A DNA stretch of 64,000 nucleotides, from the IMG/VR virus record IMGVR_UViG_3300042309_002885, positions 1 to 64,000 of that record, one strand, 5' to 3'. A program made the position numbers and the translations under genes. The notes beneath the pieces were generated by a model. It saw only the letters and a program-made list of their open reading frames with translations, had not been told where the DNA came from and ran no database searches. Positions 52,828 through 62,299 of the stretch are shown here, one piece after another. Source of the stretch: a virus. The first letter of the stretch is position 1; each line of letters opens with the position of its first letter.

Positions 52828-54633
52828 TTATGCTGCTGGCGCCGGCGTTTCCGGAGGAGGAGCTTCTGCTTCTCCCGCTGGTGAAACTTCACCGGTCTCT
52901 GCTGGGCCTCCTGTAAAGTCAGGTGGCGCTCCACCGCCACCGCCACCACCAACCATAGGCGCACCGCCTGCCTCACCAGGTCCTTCTGCACCAGCAATAT
53001 CTCCTGCCACTACTTGCTCACGCCATGCGGGACCGAGAGCGGTAATCTGCTGTATCTCCCATTGCAGCTCTGCATCTTTACGTAAAAACTCTCTATTAGC
53101 AAGTATATCTTTGTCTTTCCAATTAAGATATTTCTTCTGCGCGTAAGTATTTGAAACAAATTCACTCTGACTCATGTTATTAAAGGCTTGAACCTTTTGG
53201 TCAAGTCGCTGACCTTCTCTCATTTCATAGAAATTGGTAGGTACATTAAACTCAATTTCTATATTAGGTTCCGTGAGTTCAAATTTATCCCACAACCCCT
53301 TTAGTTTTAGATGTGTAACAAATCCCCTTTTAATACCAGCTGCAAATCTCTGCTGCTGTCTTATTATAAATCTAGCAAATTTTAATTCTTCGCGTAATAT
53401 TTCAGAGCCATCTCTAAATGCATCTTCTGGATCTAGTCTCGATGTTGGTACCTTAAGAGATCTATACAGCTTTTTAATAAAGTACATTAAATCAGCTAAT
53501 TCACCTAAGTTCTGACCCCCAGCTAACTGGCTTACACTTGATCCTTCTGATCCAGACCTTTTCGGGAACCAAAACGCATCAAGCATTGATTGAGGGTTAA
53601 ACTTTTTAACGACATCTGCCTGATCAATATCAAATGTTTTTGATGACCAATAATTACTAATTAACTTTTTAAGATACGCTTCTGCCTTAGGTGCGGGCAT
53701 GTTGCCTACATCAACGTTGAATACAAGACGTTCAGGTGCTCTTACCAGCCTGTAAATAACAATAGCATCTTCAATTAGTGAAAGCTGTCTGTAGGCGCGC
53801 CGAGCATTCTCTAAAAATGGTAATACCATATTTTTTGTCTCGTTCATTATACCAGAGTTTATGTATATTACCTGATTTTCGTCTAACGGTATATATTCGA
53901 TACGCTCTTGCCTATCCGGCTTTAACGGGTCAAATATAGGCTTCCTATATATAAAACCCTTTACCATCATGTTTTGTATATTATTATATACAGGGTCGAT
54001 TAACTCACATGGTAGATTGAGTGCACCTAATACCCCTTCATTAAGGTAATCTTTATGAATAATAAGTTCAAAAAAGAGCTCACCTTCTATTAAAAATTGT
54101 CTAAAATATTGCCAGCCTTTATTTTTAAAATCAAAATATTCTATAAACTTTGAAAACTCTTCATCAATTGAATTTTTATTACTAGAGGATAAATCAGTGT
54201 TTTTGTATAATATTTTTATCTCATTACCAGCGTCATCAGTATTGATTGCTTCGTCACATATCTCGTCTAGAGCATCTGCAACATCTGAATATGCAGCCAT
54301 TACTCTATAGTCACGTAATCTAGCTGCTTTATTCTCCTGAATATTAGCATACATTACCTGCCCGAAAGAGGTATCTTTGCCCATAGAGCCTATAGGCATA
54401 TTATTGTATTCGTTCGAAATAGATACGGAGTGCTTGGCTAATGCTTCGGAACGCCTTAATCCAGTGTCTGCGAAAGCCTTATATTTTGGATTGAGATTAT
54501 TATTTTCCGTATCTATTAAATTTGAATACGGCAGACGATTTTGAATAAACGCTGCTAAATTTCTACCAAATGTTGATGCTCTACCATCGTTTGATGTGTA
54601 GTTTTTATTTTGCGATTGTGTGCTATCAGCCAT
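52828..54633 (-). CDS. gp20: Portal protein (gp20-like)
   Basis: LIEDAIVIYRLVRAPERLVFNVDVGNMP..KAE, LYRSLKVP, EELKF. Confidence 0.95.
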   Translation of the reverse strand: MADSTQSQNKNYTSNDGRASTFGRNLAAFIQNRLPYSNLIDTENNNLNPKYKAFADTGLRRSEALAKHSVSISNEYNNMPIGSMGKDTSFGQVMYANIQENKAARLRDYRVMAAYSDVADALDEICDEAINTDDAGNEIKILYKNTDLSSSNKNSIDEEFSKFIEYFDFKNKGWQYFRQFLIEGELFFELIIHKDYLNEGVLGALNLPCELIDPVYNNIQNMMVKGFIYRKPIFDPLKPDRQERIEYIPLDENQVIYINSGIMNETKNMVLPFLENARRAYRQLSLIEDAIVIYRLVRAPERLVFNVDVGNMPAPKAEAYLKKLISNYWSSKTFDIDQADVVKKFNPQSMLDAFWFPKRSGSEGSSVSQLAGGQNLGELADLMYFIKKLYRSLKVPTSRLDPEDAFRDGSEILREELKFARFIIRQQQRFAAGIKRGFVTHLKLKGLWDKFELTEPNIEIEFNVPTNFYEMREGQRLDQKVQAFNNMSQSEFVSNTYAQKKYLNWKDKDILANREFLRKDAELQWEIQQITALGPAWREQVVAGDIAGAEGPGEAGGAPMVGGGGGGGAPPDFTGGPAETGEVSPAGEAEAPPPETPAPAA

Positions 54634-54643
54634 TTTAGTATAT

Positions 54644-55771
54644 TTAGTCTATGGTTATAGTATATCCATGACTGGATGTACCCCAACCTGCGCTATTTGC
54701 AGTTATGAATGTAAATTGATTACCAGACCCTGATAGAGCGTTAGCGGATAGATTAATTACCGCTATATTATCATTTAATATAGAGAATTGATTTTCATTA
54801 AGCTTATAAGCGCTTATATATAAACTCTTTGATGTGCTTATTGATGTGAAGTTGCTGTGTATATTTTGCGCATAACTACTAAGATAGAATTTATTGTCGT
54901 AACTAAAACGCTTACCGTATATTAAGAACTGATTGCTTATGCTTTTTTTAATTGTAATAGGATCTTGTATTCTCCTAGGTAATTGATCAGTCATATAAAA
55001 GAGATTAGTTATCTCTGGTATAGCTGAGACAGTTACGCTATCTGTTTGTGCGGAGATGTTTGTATATAGCGCGTTAAGAGTCTCGTAATCGTCGATTGTG
55101 TGTATTTTGCTACGTAGGTTAGAGTTAGTAAAATTTGCTGTAACCTTATATATTGTTTTGAGTGTCTCTGCTGGTTTAAATAGCCAGCTCTTTATAGTAA
55201 ATGATGTATCAGCAACAGCTCTAAACTTATCTGAAAAAGTAAGGTCTGTTGGTGCGTTGTAGCTAATATTTCCATCCCATAATACTTCAGATCGAATTTC
55301 TGTAGTATTTTTTAAATTATACTCCTCTGGTAGTGTCCAAGATAAGACTATATATGGGTTTGTATACGGCACGAAATTAGATATAATTTGATCTATATCT
55401 GACATATATCTAGCAAGTATGGAAAAACTTACTTCAATGTTTATAGGTACCGGTGATAGTATTTTTGTACTTGTAGGACCGAAGGGCGACAGCTTGCCTT
55501 CTAAGTAAGAGGAATCTATTTTATTAAAAACTCTTGTATTGTCTCTCGATATAGATGTTGTATTTACTGCGATTACAGGTAGTGTTAAGTTTTGTGCTTT
55601 ATTAACAATATCATACATTACTCTCTGCTTAGGACCAAATACATACCTTACCTCAACGCTCTCCTTTGGCTCTCTATTATTATTGTAGCGCTTTATTACA
55701 ACATCGTCAAACGCAGCGATAAACTGAGTTATAATATCTTTTATTTCCCAGAAAAACGTCTCGTTATTCAT
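54644..55771 (-). CDS. gp15: Tail terminator/sheath stabiliser (gp15-like)
   Basis: QFIAAFDDVVIKR, YVFGPKQR, LPVI, PVPINI, QIISNFVPY. Confidence 0.8.
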   Translation of the reverse strand: MNNETFFWEIKDIITQFIAAFDDVVIKRYNNNREPKESVEVRYVFGPKQRVMYDIVNKAQNLTLPVIAVNTTSISRDNTRVFNKIDSSYLEGKLSPFGPTSTKILSPVPINIEVSFSILARYMSDIDQIISNFVPYTNPYIVLSWTLPEEYNLKNTTEIRSEVLWDGNISYNAPTDLTFSDKFRAVADTSFTIKSWLFKPAETLKTIYKVTANFTNSNLRSKIHTIDDYETLNALYTNISAQTDSVTVSAIPEITNLFYMTDQLPRRIQDPITIKKSISNQFLIYGKRFSYDNKFYLSSYAQNIHSNFTSISTSKSLYISAYKLNENQFSILNDNIAVINLSANALSGSGNQFTFITANSAGWGTSSHGYTITID

Positions 55772-55785
55772 ATTGTATATTTAGT

Positions 55786-57432
55786 TTAGACGAACCTATC
55801 TAAGAAATATTTTGGAATTTTATGCTTGTTTTTTAATATAACATCTGTTATTGCACCGTCGAGAACGTATGTAGTGCAAAAATCTCCCTTAGATCTAACG
55901 CCGCGACCGCAAGACTGAATGAAGGAAGCTAACATTTTATTAATGTACCAGTTAGAATCGCTCTTCATTAGCCTTTCAATTCTTTTATCTGCTGTAGGTA
56001 AATAGGGCGCTTTAACAATAATTTGAAATCTCGCGAGATCGCCTTTTAGATCAACACCATACGACATAGACGGTGAGGCTAATATTGTAGGTGTGTTACT
56101 CGCTTGATGTATCTTTAATAAATCTTCATTTGTTGTACCTGCTTCGCGATATAGAATTCTTTTGTTAGAAATGTGTTTTTGAAGTGTTTCGGTAATAAAG
56201 TTTGTATGTGTGTGTATAATTCCCTTGTCGTTTTTGTGTATATTACAAATTTCATCTACTTGCTTTGCTATTTTTGGAAGTGTAGATTTAAGATTTGAAA
56301 AATTAAGCTTGTATTTAGTAGATATATAAATTGGGGCTTTCTTTGAATCAAAGGTAGATTCTGCCTCTATGTATTTATAGTTAGTAATACCTAGAGTCTT
56401 GCAGAAATTCTCTGGGTCGATAATTGTTGCGGACATAAGTATAATTTTTTTTCCGCTTTCAAAAATATATTTTGAAAGTTTATCTACCTTTAGTGGTGTA
56501 AAGGTTACACCACTATCGTGTCGCTCAATTATATATTCACTATCACTCCAAGTATTTGTAAGGGTTTTAATTTTATTGTGTATGCCCTGTAATGTAGAAA
56601 GTTCATTGCTTCTTATAGTTAATTGCAGACCACTGAGTGTTTTTTTTGTGTTGGTTATGTTAGATTTTAACTCTGCAACACGATCGTCTATCTCAGCACT
56701 GATTGTTTGTACCCATCTACCAAAGCTGGTATAATTACTACTACTAGGTAGAATGGGAATTTCCACTCCTAGTTTTTTTAGAGTATTGAAATTAATAGGA
56801 CAAGTAAACATCTTGACTAGCTGATCCTCTAACTCTGACGCTTCGTCACACACAATGAATTCTTTCTGCTTTATGTGACTGGGCAGAGCGAAAAACATAT
56901 CATAATTTAGCGCTGCAAATTTTGATGTAATAGTTTTATTTCTTGCGTTATAATATAGGCAGCTGTTTTTTGACCAGCAGCTTTCCTTTAGCCCAGATAG
57001 ATACATACAAGGAGCTGTGTCAACACCAAAATTATTATCATATGTACACTGGTAGTTCGATTTACCTTTAAGTATAGAGATATCATCAAAAAGAGCTTGA
57101 TACTGATCTTGTAACGCTTTAGTTATTGTGAGAGCGAAGCACCCAAACGGCTCTTGCTGATTTTCAGTGTTTTCATATTGATATCCTCCATACTGCGTTC
57201 GTTTAAATATTTCATAGCTTTCCACCGCATCAATAAAATTTGATTCCGGCAGTGAGGATACTTCACCTAGTGTTTTTGAAATAAACGATTTACCTGAACC
57301 CGTTGGTGCACTACATACCACAAACTTATACCCTTCTTCGAACGCTCTCTCAATGCTGTTTATTAAAAGTAGCTGAGTATCATTCGGATTAAATTGTGAT
57401 GGAAATTTACTAATATAACTTAACCCCATCAC
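55786..57432 (-). CDS. DinG/XPD-like SF2 helicase
   Basis: APTGSGKS, VCDEASE, LMSATI, KGIIHT, GVDL, QSCGRGVR. Confidence 0.85.
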   Translation of the reverse strand: MMGLSYISKFPSQFNPNDTQLLLINSIERAFEEGYKFVVCSAPTGSGKSFISKTLGEVSSLPESNFIDAVESYEIFKRTQYGGYQYENTENQQEPFGCFALTITKALQDQYQALFDDISILKGKSNYQCTYDNNFGVDTAPCMYLSGLKESCWSKNSCLYYNARNKTITSKFAALNYDMFFALPSHIKQKEFIVCDEASELEDQLVKMFTCPINFNTLKKLGVEIPILPSSSNYTSFGRWVQTISAEIDDRVAELKSNITNTKKTLSGLQLTIRSNELSTLQGIHNKIKTLTNTWSDSEYIIERHDSGVTFTPLKVDKLSKYIFESGKKIILMSATIIDPENFCKTLGITNYKYIEAESTFDSKKAPIYISTKYKLNFSNLKSTLPKIAKQVDEICNIHKNDKGIIHTHTNFITETLQKHISNKRILYREAGTTNEDLLKIHQASNTPTILASPSMSYGVDLKGDLARFQIIVKAPYLPTADKRIERLMKSDSNWYINKMLASFIQSCGRGVRSKGDFCTTYVLDGAITDVILKNKHKIPKYFLDRFV

Positions 57433-57450
57433 TAATGATATCGAAGTTCC

Positions 57451-57798
57451 TTAACTCGCAACTCTCGATATGACTACTAAATTATCATACATTTTGTATG
57501 TGTTATTTGTCTTGAGCGATCGCAGCTTACTAGTTATGTTATTATTACTACCAGTTAAAACACTCAACCGATAGTTTAGCGTGCATGTTGTATCTGTGAG
57601 GTGTATTGCGTATGGATAAGGCAGTTCAAGTATTTTGTTTTCTTTTTTCGATGTTTCGATATTAAAACGTATAAAATATTGTTTTGTAGAAAACAGCTTT
57701 AAGCGCCCTGCTTTAAGAACTTTACTATCACACTTTATAGAAATGTTCATTTGTAGGAAGCGTTGAAGTGCTTTGGTATATGTTTCAATATTTGTCAT
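57451..57798 (-). CDS. Hypothetical protein
   Basis: In-operon ORF. Confidence 0.65.
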   Translation of the reverse strand: MTNIETYTKALQRFLQMNISIKCDSKVLKAGRLKLFSTKQYFIRFNIETSKKENKILELPYPYAIHLTDTTCTLNYRLSVLTGSNNNITSKLRSLKTNNTYKMYDNLVVISRVAS

Positions 57799-58172
57799 GT
57801 ATCCATATATTCTATTTTCTTATCGGGTGACATTGTATATATTTGTGTATTAAAAAAATTCCAGAATTCATCGGTTGCAGGAATCACTTTTAATACATCA
57901 ACCGAGTCCACTGACACAATTCTATAGTCCTGCATTATAATGTCCCAAACAACACACGCATTGTTTGTAGCTTCGTTAAATTGTTTACCCCTTTTAGGAG
58001 GTCTGTAGTTTAAAACTACCCTTCCATTTGTAGTGTTAAGAAGATTGAAAGATTTAGTACATAACATACGACGTGTACTAGGTCTTCCTGGTTGAGGTCT
58101 TCTTCTTACAAATCTTAAATCAATAACATTATCTAATAATAACGTTTCAAGAGTCTGTCTGGTTACTTGCAT
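57795..58172 (-). CDS. SH3/WYL-like beta-barrel protein (DUF2693-like)
   Basis: LRFVRR...TRRMLCT...VWDIIMQDYR. Confidence 0.55.
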   Translation of the reverse strand: MQVTRQTLETLLLDNVIDLRFVRRRPQPGRPSTRRMLCTKSFNLLNTTNGRVVLNYRPPKRGKQFNEATNNACVVWDIIMQDYRIVSVDSVDVLKVIPATDEFWNFFNTQIYTMSPDKKIEYMDT

Positions 58173-58566
58173 GTTTATTCTTACTACAAATTCCAAAAAT
58201 TCGACTCTCGTTTAAAAAGATTCCACGGTCTACTCTCCCGTAGTCCTTAATATCAATATTCGAAACAGATACTCCGTAGTTGTTTGGAAAAATAACGATA
58301 TCATCTACTTTGGTATATTTTGCTTGCGGACCTACTAATATGACTTTTGCTTTACGCCAAGCTTTAGTTAGTGTGTTAGTAGGTATATATAGACCATTTC
58401 TCATTATACCATCGCTATCTGCTAGGTCTACATATTCTACAAGCAATATATCATCAAAGACAAAATTCAATTGATATTCTTCTAGTCCAAAATCCCCACT
58501 AGAATGTGATGATAAATCTATTAAGCTTCTCTGTGGTACAAGCTTGTCAATACTTTCAGTTGCCAT
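58147..58566 (-). CDS. GroES-like co-chaperonin
   Basis: DDILLVE...GLYIP...AKVILVGP...KVDDIVIFP...NESRIFG. Confidence 0.7.
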   Translation of the reverse strand: MATESIDKLVPQRSLIDLSSHSSGDFGLEEYQLNFVFDDILLVEYVDLADSDGIMRNGLYIPTNTLTKAWRKAKVILVGPQAKYTKVDDIVIFPNNYGVSVSNIDIKDYGRVDRGIFLNESRIFGICSKNKHASNQTDS

Positions 58567-58585
58567 TATAATATATATTAAATGT

Positions 58586-58954
58586 TTATAATAAATCCAT
58601 ATACATTTTTACCTCTCTTGATGAGATGTTGTGATTTTTTGCTAACATGATTATATTAGCTTCCAAACTATTCTCATCTTTTGACTCTTTTGTTTTTTTA
58701 ATATATTGAATTTTTTTATATGACAGCTTTGGTATCAACTCATAATACAGCTTATATAGAGAAGATTTGTTTTCATCTATCGAATGAAACCGATTTAGTG
58801 TTTCATTCGATAGAATGCATTGACGCTTATCATAAAAGGACAACCATCTCGAAATCATGTATGGTGTAAATTGCTGTATGTCGGCTTCTTCCAGTGAAGC
58901 TTCTTTTATAGGTCTCTTATAAAAAAGATGACTAATAATATCGAAGAAGGTCAT
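58586..58954 (-). CDS. Clamp-loader small subunit (gp62-like)
   Basis: FFDII...FTPYMISRWLS...NETLN...IQYIKK. Confidence 0.65.
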   Translation of the reverse strand: MTFFDIISHLFYKRPIKEASLEEADIQQFTPYMISRWLSFYDKRQCILSNETLNRFHSIDENKSSLYKLYYELIPKLSYKKIQYIKKTKESKDENSLEANIIMLAKNHNISSREVKMYMDLL

Positions 58955-59532
58955 ACAATTACCTTTGTAGTAGCAAGATGAATATCTTGAACTACATCGT
59001 TAAAGAACTCAACAACATTAGACATGAACTCTTGTGCTTGTTCGTCTTGAAGACCTGTACTGTAAGCAAAACCAGGCGCCTTTTTACCAGCTTTAATATT
59101 AATACCCGTATGACCTATAGCTACACTTTCTTTTGAGTATGTAATAGATACACTTGCTTTACCCGACTCTTGTTCTTTTTTGTCAGAACCAATAAATTTA
59201 TCATGTACGATAATATCATCACCCCTCATCTCTAAAGATTTCTCAATATATCGAGACAGAAGATTAGCTATTACGGTGTTAAAGAGTCGTTGAAAAGAAA
59301 CAGCTCCTAACGGACAGAGGTTAGGAATTTCCCAGCAAAAGTTTATAGCATCATCGCTATAGATGTAATCTTTAGCCATTGAGTCTTCTAAATCAATTAA
59401 ATTATCACTCACAAACATCGGTGCGCGAAAGGCAACTACATTACCGTAGGGTGATGTTTTTTCTTTGAAGAAACGATATGCAAATCGCTTGTGGATAAAG
59501 TCTCCGTTATAAATAGGTTGTTCTATGATCAT
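58951..59532 (-). CDS. DUF366-like protein (BPL/LplA-like fold)
   Basis: AYRFF...VAFRAPM...DLED...IYSDDAINFCWE...GDD...KASVSI...HTGIN. Confidence 0.6.
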   Translation of the reverse strand: MIIEQPIYNGDFIHKRFAYRFFKEKTSPYGNVVAFRAPMFVSDNLIDLEDSMAKDYIYSDDAINFCWEIPNLCPLGAVSFQRLFNTVIANLLSRYIEKSLEMRGDDIIVHDKFIGSDKKEQESGKASVSITYSKESVAIGHTGINIKAGKKAPGFAYSTGLQDEQAQEFMSNVVEFFNDVVQDIHLATTKVIV

Positions 59533-59556
59533 ATAATAAAGTATAGTAAACCAATC

Positions 59557-60240
59557 TTATTTTTCAATAAGAAAATCTTTTATTCTTTCAAAGAAAATAT
59601 CAAACATTGCATTATCACTACTACCGTCCCAATTCTCATCCGCCTCTACCCACGAAGTTGTTGTTTGAAAGTGACCGTGTAAAAGATTTGGATGCGGTGT
59701 AGATATATTTAGAGATTTAAAATCGTTAGTATTATTTGTTAATAATACACCTTTGAATTCTTTATTATACCTTGTCTGCAGGCAGGTAATAAGCTCGTGG
59801 TATTTTTTTATAATTAACTGTATATCTTGCGAGTCGTGCCATCTACTATAGTAAAATAATGTTGTAGGTGTTTCACATTCAAACAGTTGCTTTGTTCTAA
59901 TTATCTTTCGATCGTAACTATCACGATGCGCTTGTGTAGCTTCGTCATGATGAAATAGCGGCGCGTACATTGGCCAGCTATATATTGTATCCTCTTGTAA
60001 AGAGTAAAGTGTGTTTATCCATTTAGGGTATTGAATTCCCTGTTTTGGATAGTAGGTGTAATTTTTAAATTCTAGATAACTTTCATTGAGTATATCGTTA
60101 AAATTGTTTTCAATAATTTTTCTTACGATATCAATATTCACAAGAACGTTTTCAAACATATTAACAGGTCCGTCAATAATATTAAGGCGTCTTAGTTGTT
60201 TAGCGAGTAGGCACGTTTCTCCTATGATAAGCTTATTCAT
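59557..60240 (-). CDS. Hypothetical protein (DUF1796-like)
   Basis: IGETC near the N-terminus, FHHD; within the glycosyltransferase cluster. Confidence 0.4.
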   Translation of the reverse strand: MNKLIIGETCLLAKQLRRLNIIDGPVNMFENVLVNIDIVRKIIENNFNDILNESYLEFKNYTYYPKQGIQYPKWINTLYSLQEDTIYSWPMYAPLFHHDEATQAHRDSYDRKIIRTKQLFECETPTTLFYYSRWHDSQDIQLIIKKYHELITCLQTRYNKEFKGVLLTNNTNDFKSLNISTPHPNLLHGHFQTTTSWVEADENWDGSSDNAMFDIFFERIKDFLIEK

Positions 60241-60919
60241 ATAAGTGTTTGTTGTATAAATGTGGTCTTGTTGAACAGTCTCCACCAATATGGTAACAAG
60301 CGGTGTCCAATAAGGTTACTGCAGTATAGTTGAATTGTCTTGTATGCTTAGAGCATTGCATTTCGTCTTTAAAATTAGCTATTCCCTGAGGAAACATTTT
60401 TTTATAATCTGATTTTCTGCGCAATCCGGGATTCCAGGAGTAGCCATTCCACTCACTATTTTGAAATTCTGGATCCATTATTTGATATTGTACATTATCT
60501 ACGGTATAGATTTCAGGCAAAGCTTTATGTGGCGTGTCGTATTGGTGTCTTACATGTACTTGATGTACATGAGGGCAATTTTGTAGAATTGTCAGTGATT
60601 GAGATATGTAAGGTATACTTTTGTCAAATAACCAATCTTCTTCAATATGAAAAATGTATTCGTTTTTTACACTATTAAAAAGAGTATCTAATGATCGTGA
60701 TAACCCTCTATTTTCTGTATTACATATTACTGTTACATCAGGATACTTATGTTGAATATATTTACATATATCTATAGATCCTGAATCGTTTATTATTATA
60801 AATTCATCTATAGCATATGTATTTGTCGAATAAAAACTGCTTATAGTTTCATCAAGTAGATGTAATCTATTATACGATGTTAGTGTGATAGATATAGGTA
60901 TTATATTATTTCCGTGCAT
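60233..60919 (-). CDS. GT2-like glycosyltransferase
   Basis: TSYNR..LL..TI.SF, INDSGS, FHIEEDW. Confidence 0.75.
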   Translation of the reverse strand: MHGNNIIPISITLTSYNRLHLLDETISSFYSTNTYAIDEFIIINDSGSIDICKYIQHKYPDVTVICNTENRGLSRSLDTLFNSVKNEYIFHIEEDWLFDKSIPYISQSLTILQNCPHVHQVHVRHQYDTPHKALPEIYTVDNVQYQIMDPEFQNSEWNGYSWNPGLRRKSDYKKMFPQGIANFKDEMQCSKHTRQFNYTAVTLLDTACYHIGGDCSTRPHLYNKHLYE

Positions 60920-61629
60920 TCCTGTAATAATTTACGAAATTCATTTAATTGATGTTCACGTGTAAAATTAAAATGTGTGCTACTTCCTATTGCAATATTT
61001 GAGCTTGACTGTCGGCAGCCAAACATAGAGTTTTTTTCAAACCTATAATCAAACGATATATTTTTATAGTGTAGCAACTTTAAGTTTTGATCTCTATATG
61101 GTTCAACTATATTATCGTTATAGTCGTAAAAATTACCACCATGACAACCTAACAATAGTTCACACCGTTTAATTTTTACCGGGCTAAATATGCACGGTTT
61201 AGAATAATTTATTTGTGAGACGCCTGTTTTAATTTCTGAGGTAATAATACCGCTTTTTGGAAAAGATACAGAAACCATATCGTAACCATACGGGAGGTAT
61301 AGAGGGTATGTTGTTTGTTCGATAAATTCTATAAGGTTAGGATGATATAATAACTCATCTACATCTACTGTAATCACATAATCGCTTTGATCACTCTTCC
61401 AGCATGTACTTTTTATATTTACAAGTTCTATATCGTCGAAACTGTTATCTGTATTAAAGGTAATGACCTCTGTTTCACACTTTGTATAATTCTTAACTAT
61501 ATTCACCGTGTTATCTGTTGAACAATTATCATACACAACAATTTTTTTCACGAATTGTGAATAATGATCTAGAAAAAATGGCATAATTTTTTCTTCATTA
61601 TATGCCACTGCGTATACGGTAATTTGCAT
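60901..61629 (-). CDS. GT2-like glycosyltransferase
   Basis: VAYNEE..MPFFLDHY, YDNCSTD, VDVDE, LLHYK. Confidence 0.75.
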   Translation of the reverse strand: MQITVYAVAYNEEKIMPFFLDHYSQFVKKIVVYDNCSTDNTVNIVKNYTKCETEVITFNTDNSFDDIELVNIKSTCWKSDQSDYVITVDVDELLYHPNLIEFIEQTTYPLYLPYGYDMVSVSFPKSGIITSEIKTGVSQINYSKPCIFSPVKIKRCELLLGCHGGNFYDYNDNIVEPYRDQNLKLLHYKNISFDYRFEKNSMFGCRQSSSNIAIGSSTHFNFTREHQLNEFRKLLQECTEII

Positions 61630-61630
61630 A

Positions 61631-62299
61631 TTAATTATGAATATATAATACTTTGTTAATTTTAATAGCGTCTTTTTTTAATTGTTTGAGTAGAGGTATT
61701 AGCGAGTTAACAAGATCCCAATCTGCAGCAAAATTACGTGACTTTAAACCGACCTGTTTTATTAATTCTGTTTCAGCTGCAAAGCATCCAAAGTCTATCC
61801 AACTCGATTCGAGTCTTGATTCAATATGCCCGTTATAGTCACCTTCGCCTCGATCATGGTGTGTTATAAAGTCGCAAAAAATAAACCCTACTCTCGAAGA
61901 GCCGTTTGCAATAGACTCAAAATATTCGATAAATTTAGGTACATAGTAGTTATCATACCCTGTCATAATGGTATATTTGCAATTGGATGTGTATATACCA
62001 AACTCCCTCGGTGTATGTCCCCAGTCGTTATATCTCTCATCAAGCTCATAATATGAAATATTATTACACCCGCCATACTTATTAATTTGATTAGATATAT
62101 CAGGACACGGTCCATCTGATACTATTGTAAGATGAAAATTATCACTCGTCTGCGAGAGGAAAGAATTAATCATAACCTCAAGAGGCGGCCCTCCACCAAA
62201 CACAGGTATAACTATATTAAATAGTTTATTGTTGTTTGGAGCACAATTATTTTTTAAGACACCAGTCATAATTATAAAAATATTACCCCTATACCGCAA
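61631..62299 (-). CDS. GT2-like glycosyltransferase
   Basis: IVIPVF, VSDGP, DWGHTPR, GYDNYY, ADW; start may be 62269. Confidence 0.7.
   Translation of the reverse strand: MRYRGNIFIIMTGVLKNNCAPNNNKLFNIVIPVFGGGPPLEVMINSFLSQTSDNFHLTIVSDGPCPDISNQINKYGGCNNISYYELDERYNDWGHTPREFGIYTSNCKYTIMTGYDNYYVPKFIEYFESIANGSSRVGFIFCDFITHHDRGEGDYNGHIESRLESSWIDFGCFAAETELIKQVGLKSRNFAADWDLVNSLIPLLKQLKKDAIKINKVLYIHN

Larger units (their letters stand above)
441..55790. promoter_or_regulatory. T4 gp55-type late promoter variant (A/G)ACTAAATA / ATAAATA
   Basis: Plus strand at 9057, 9482, 9922, 14551, 15349, 20095, 20755, 21090, 25283, 25659, 27277, 28016, 28394; minus strand just upstream of gp20, gp13, gp15 and the genes starting at 435 and 32087; TATAAATA/ATAAATA before gp21, 50484, 47730, 731 and the tRNAs. 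Confidence 0.8.

Noticed and set aside
52811-53146. Pro/Gly/Ala-rich plus-strand ORF
   Set aside because: Antisense of the low-complexity C-terminal tail of portal gp20.
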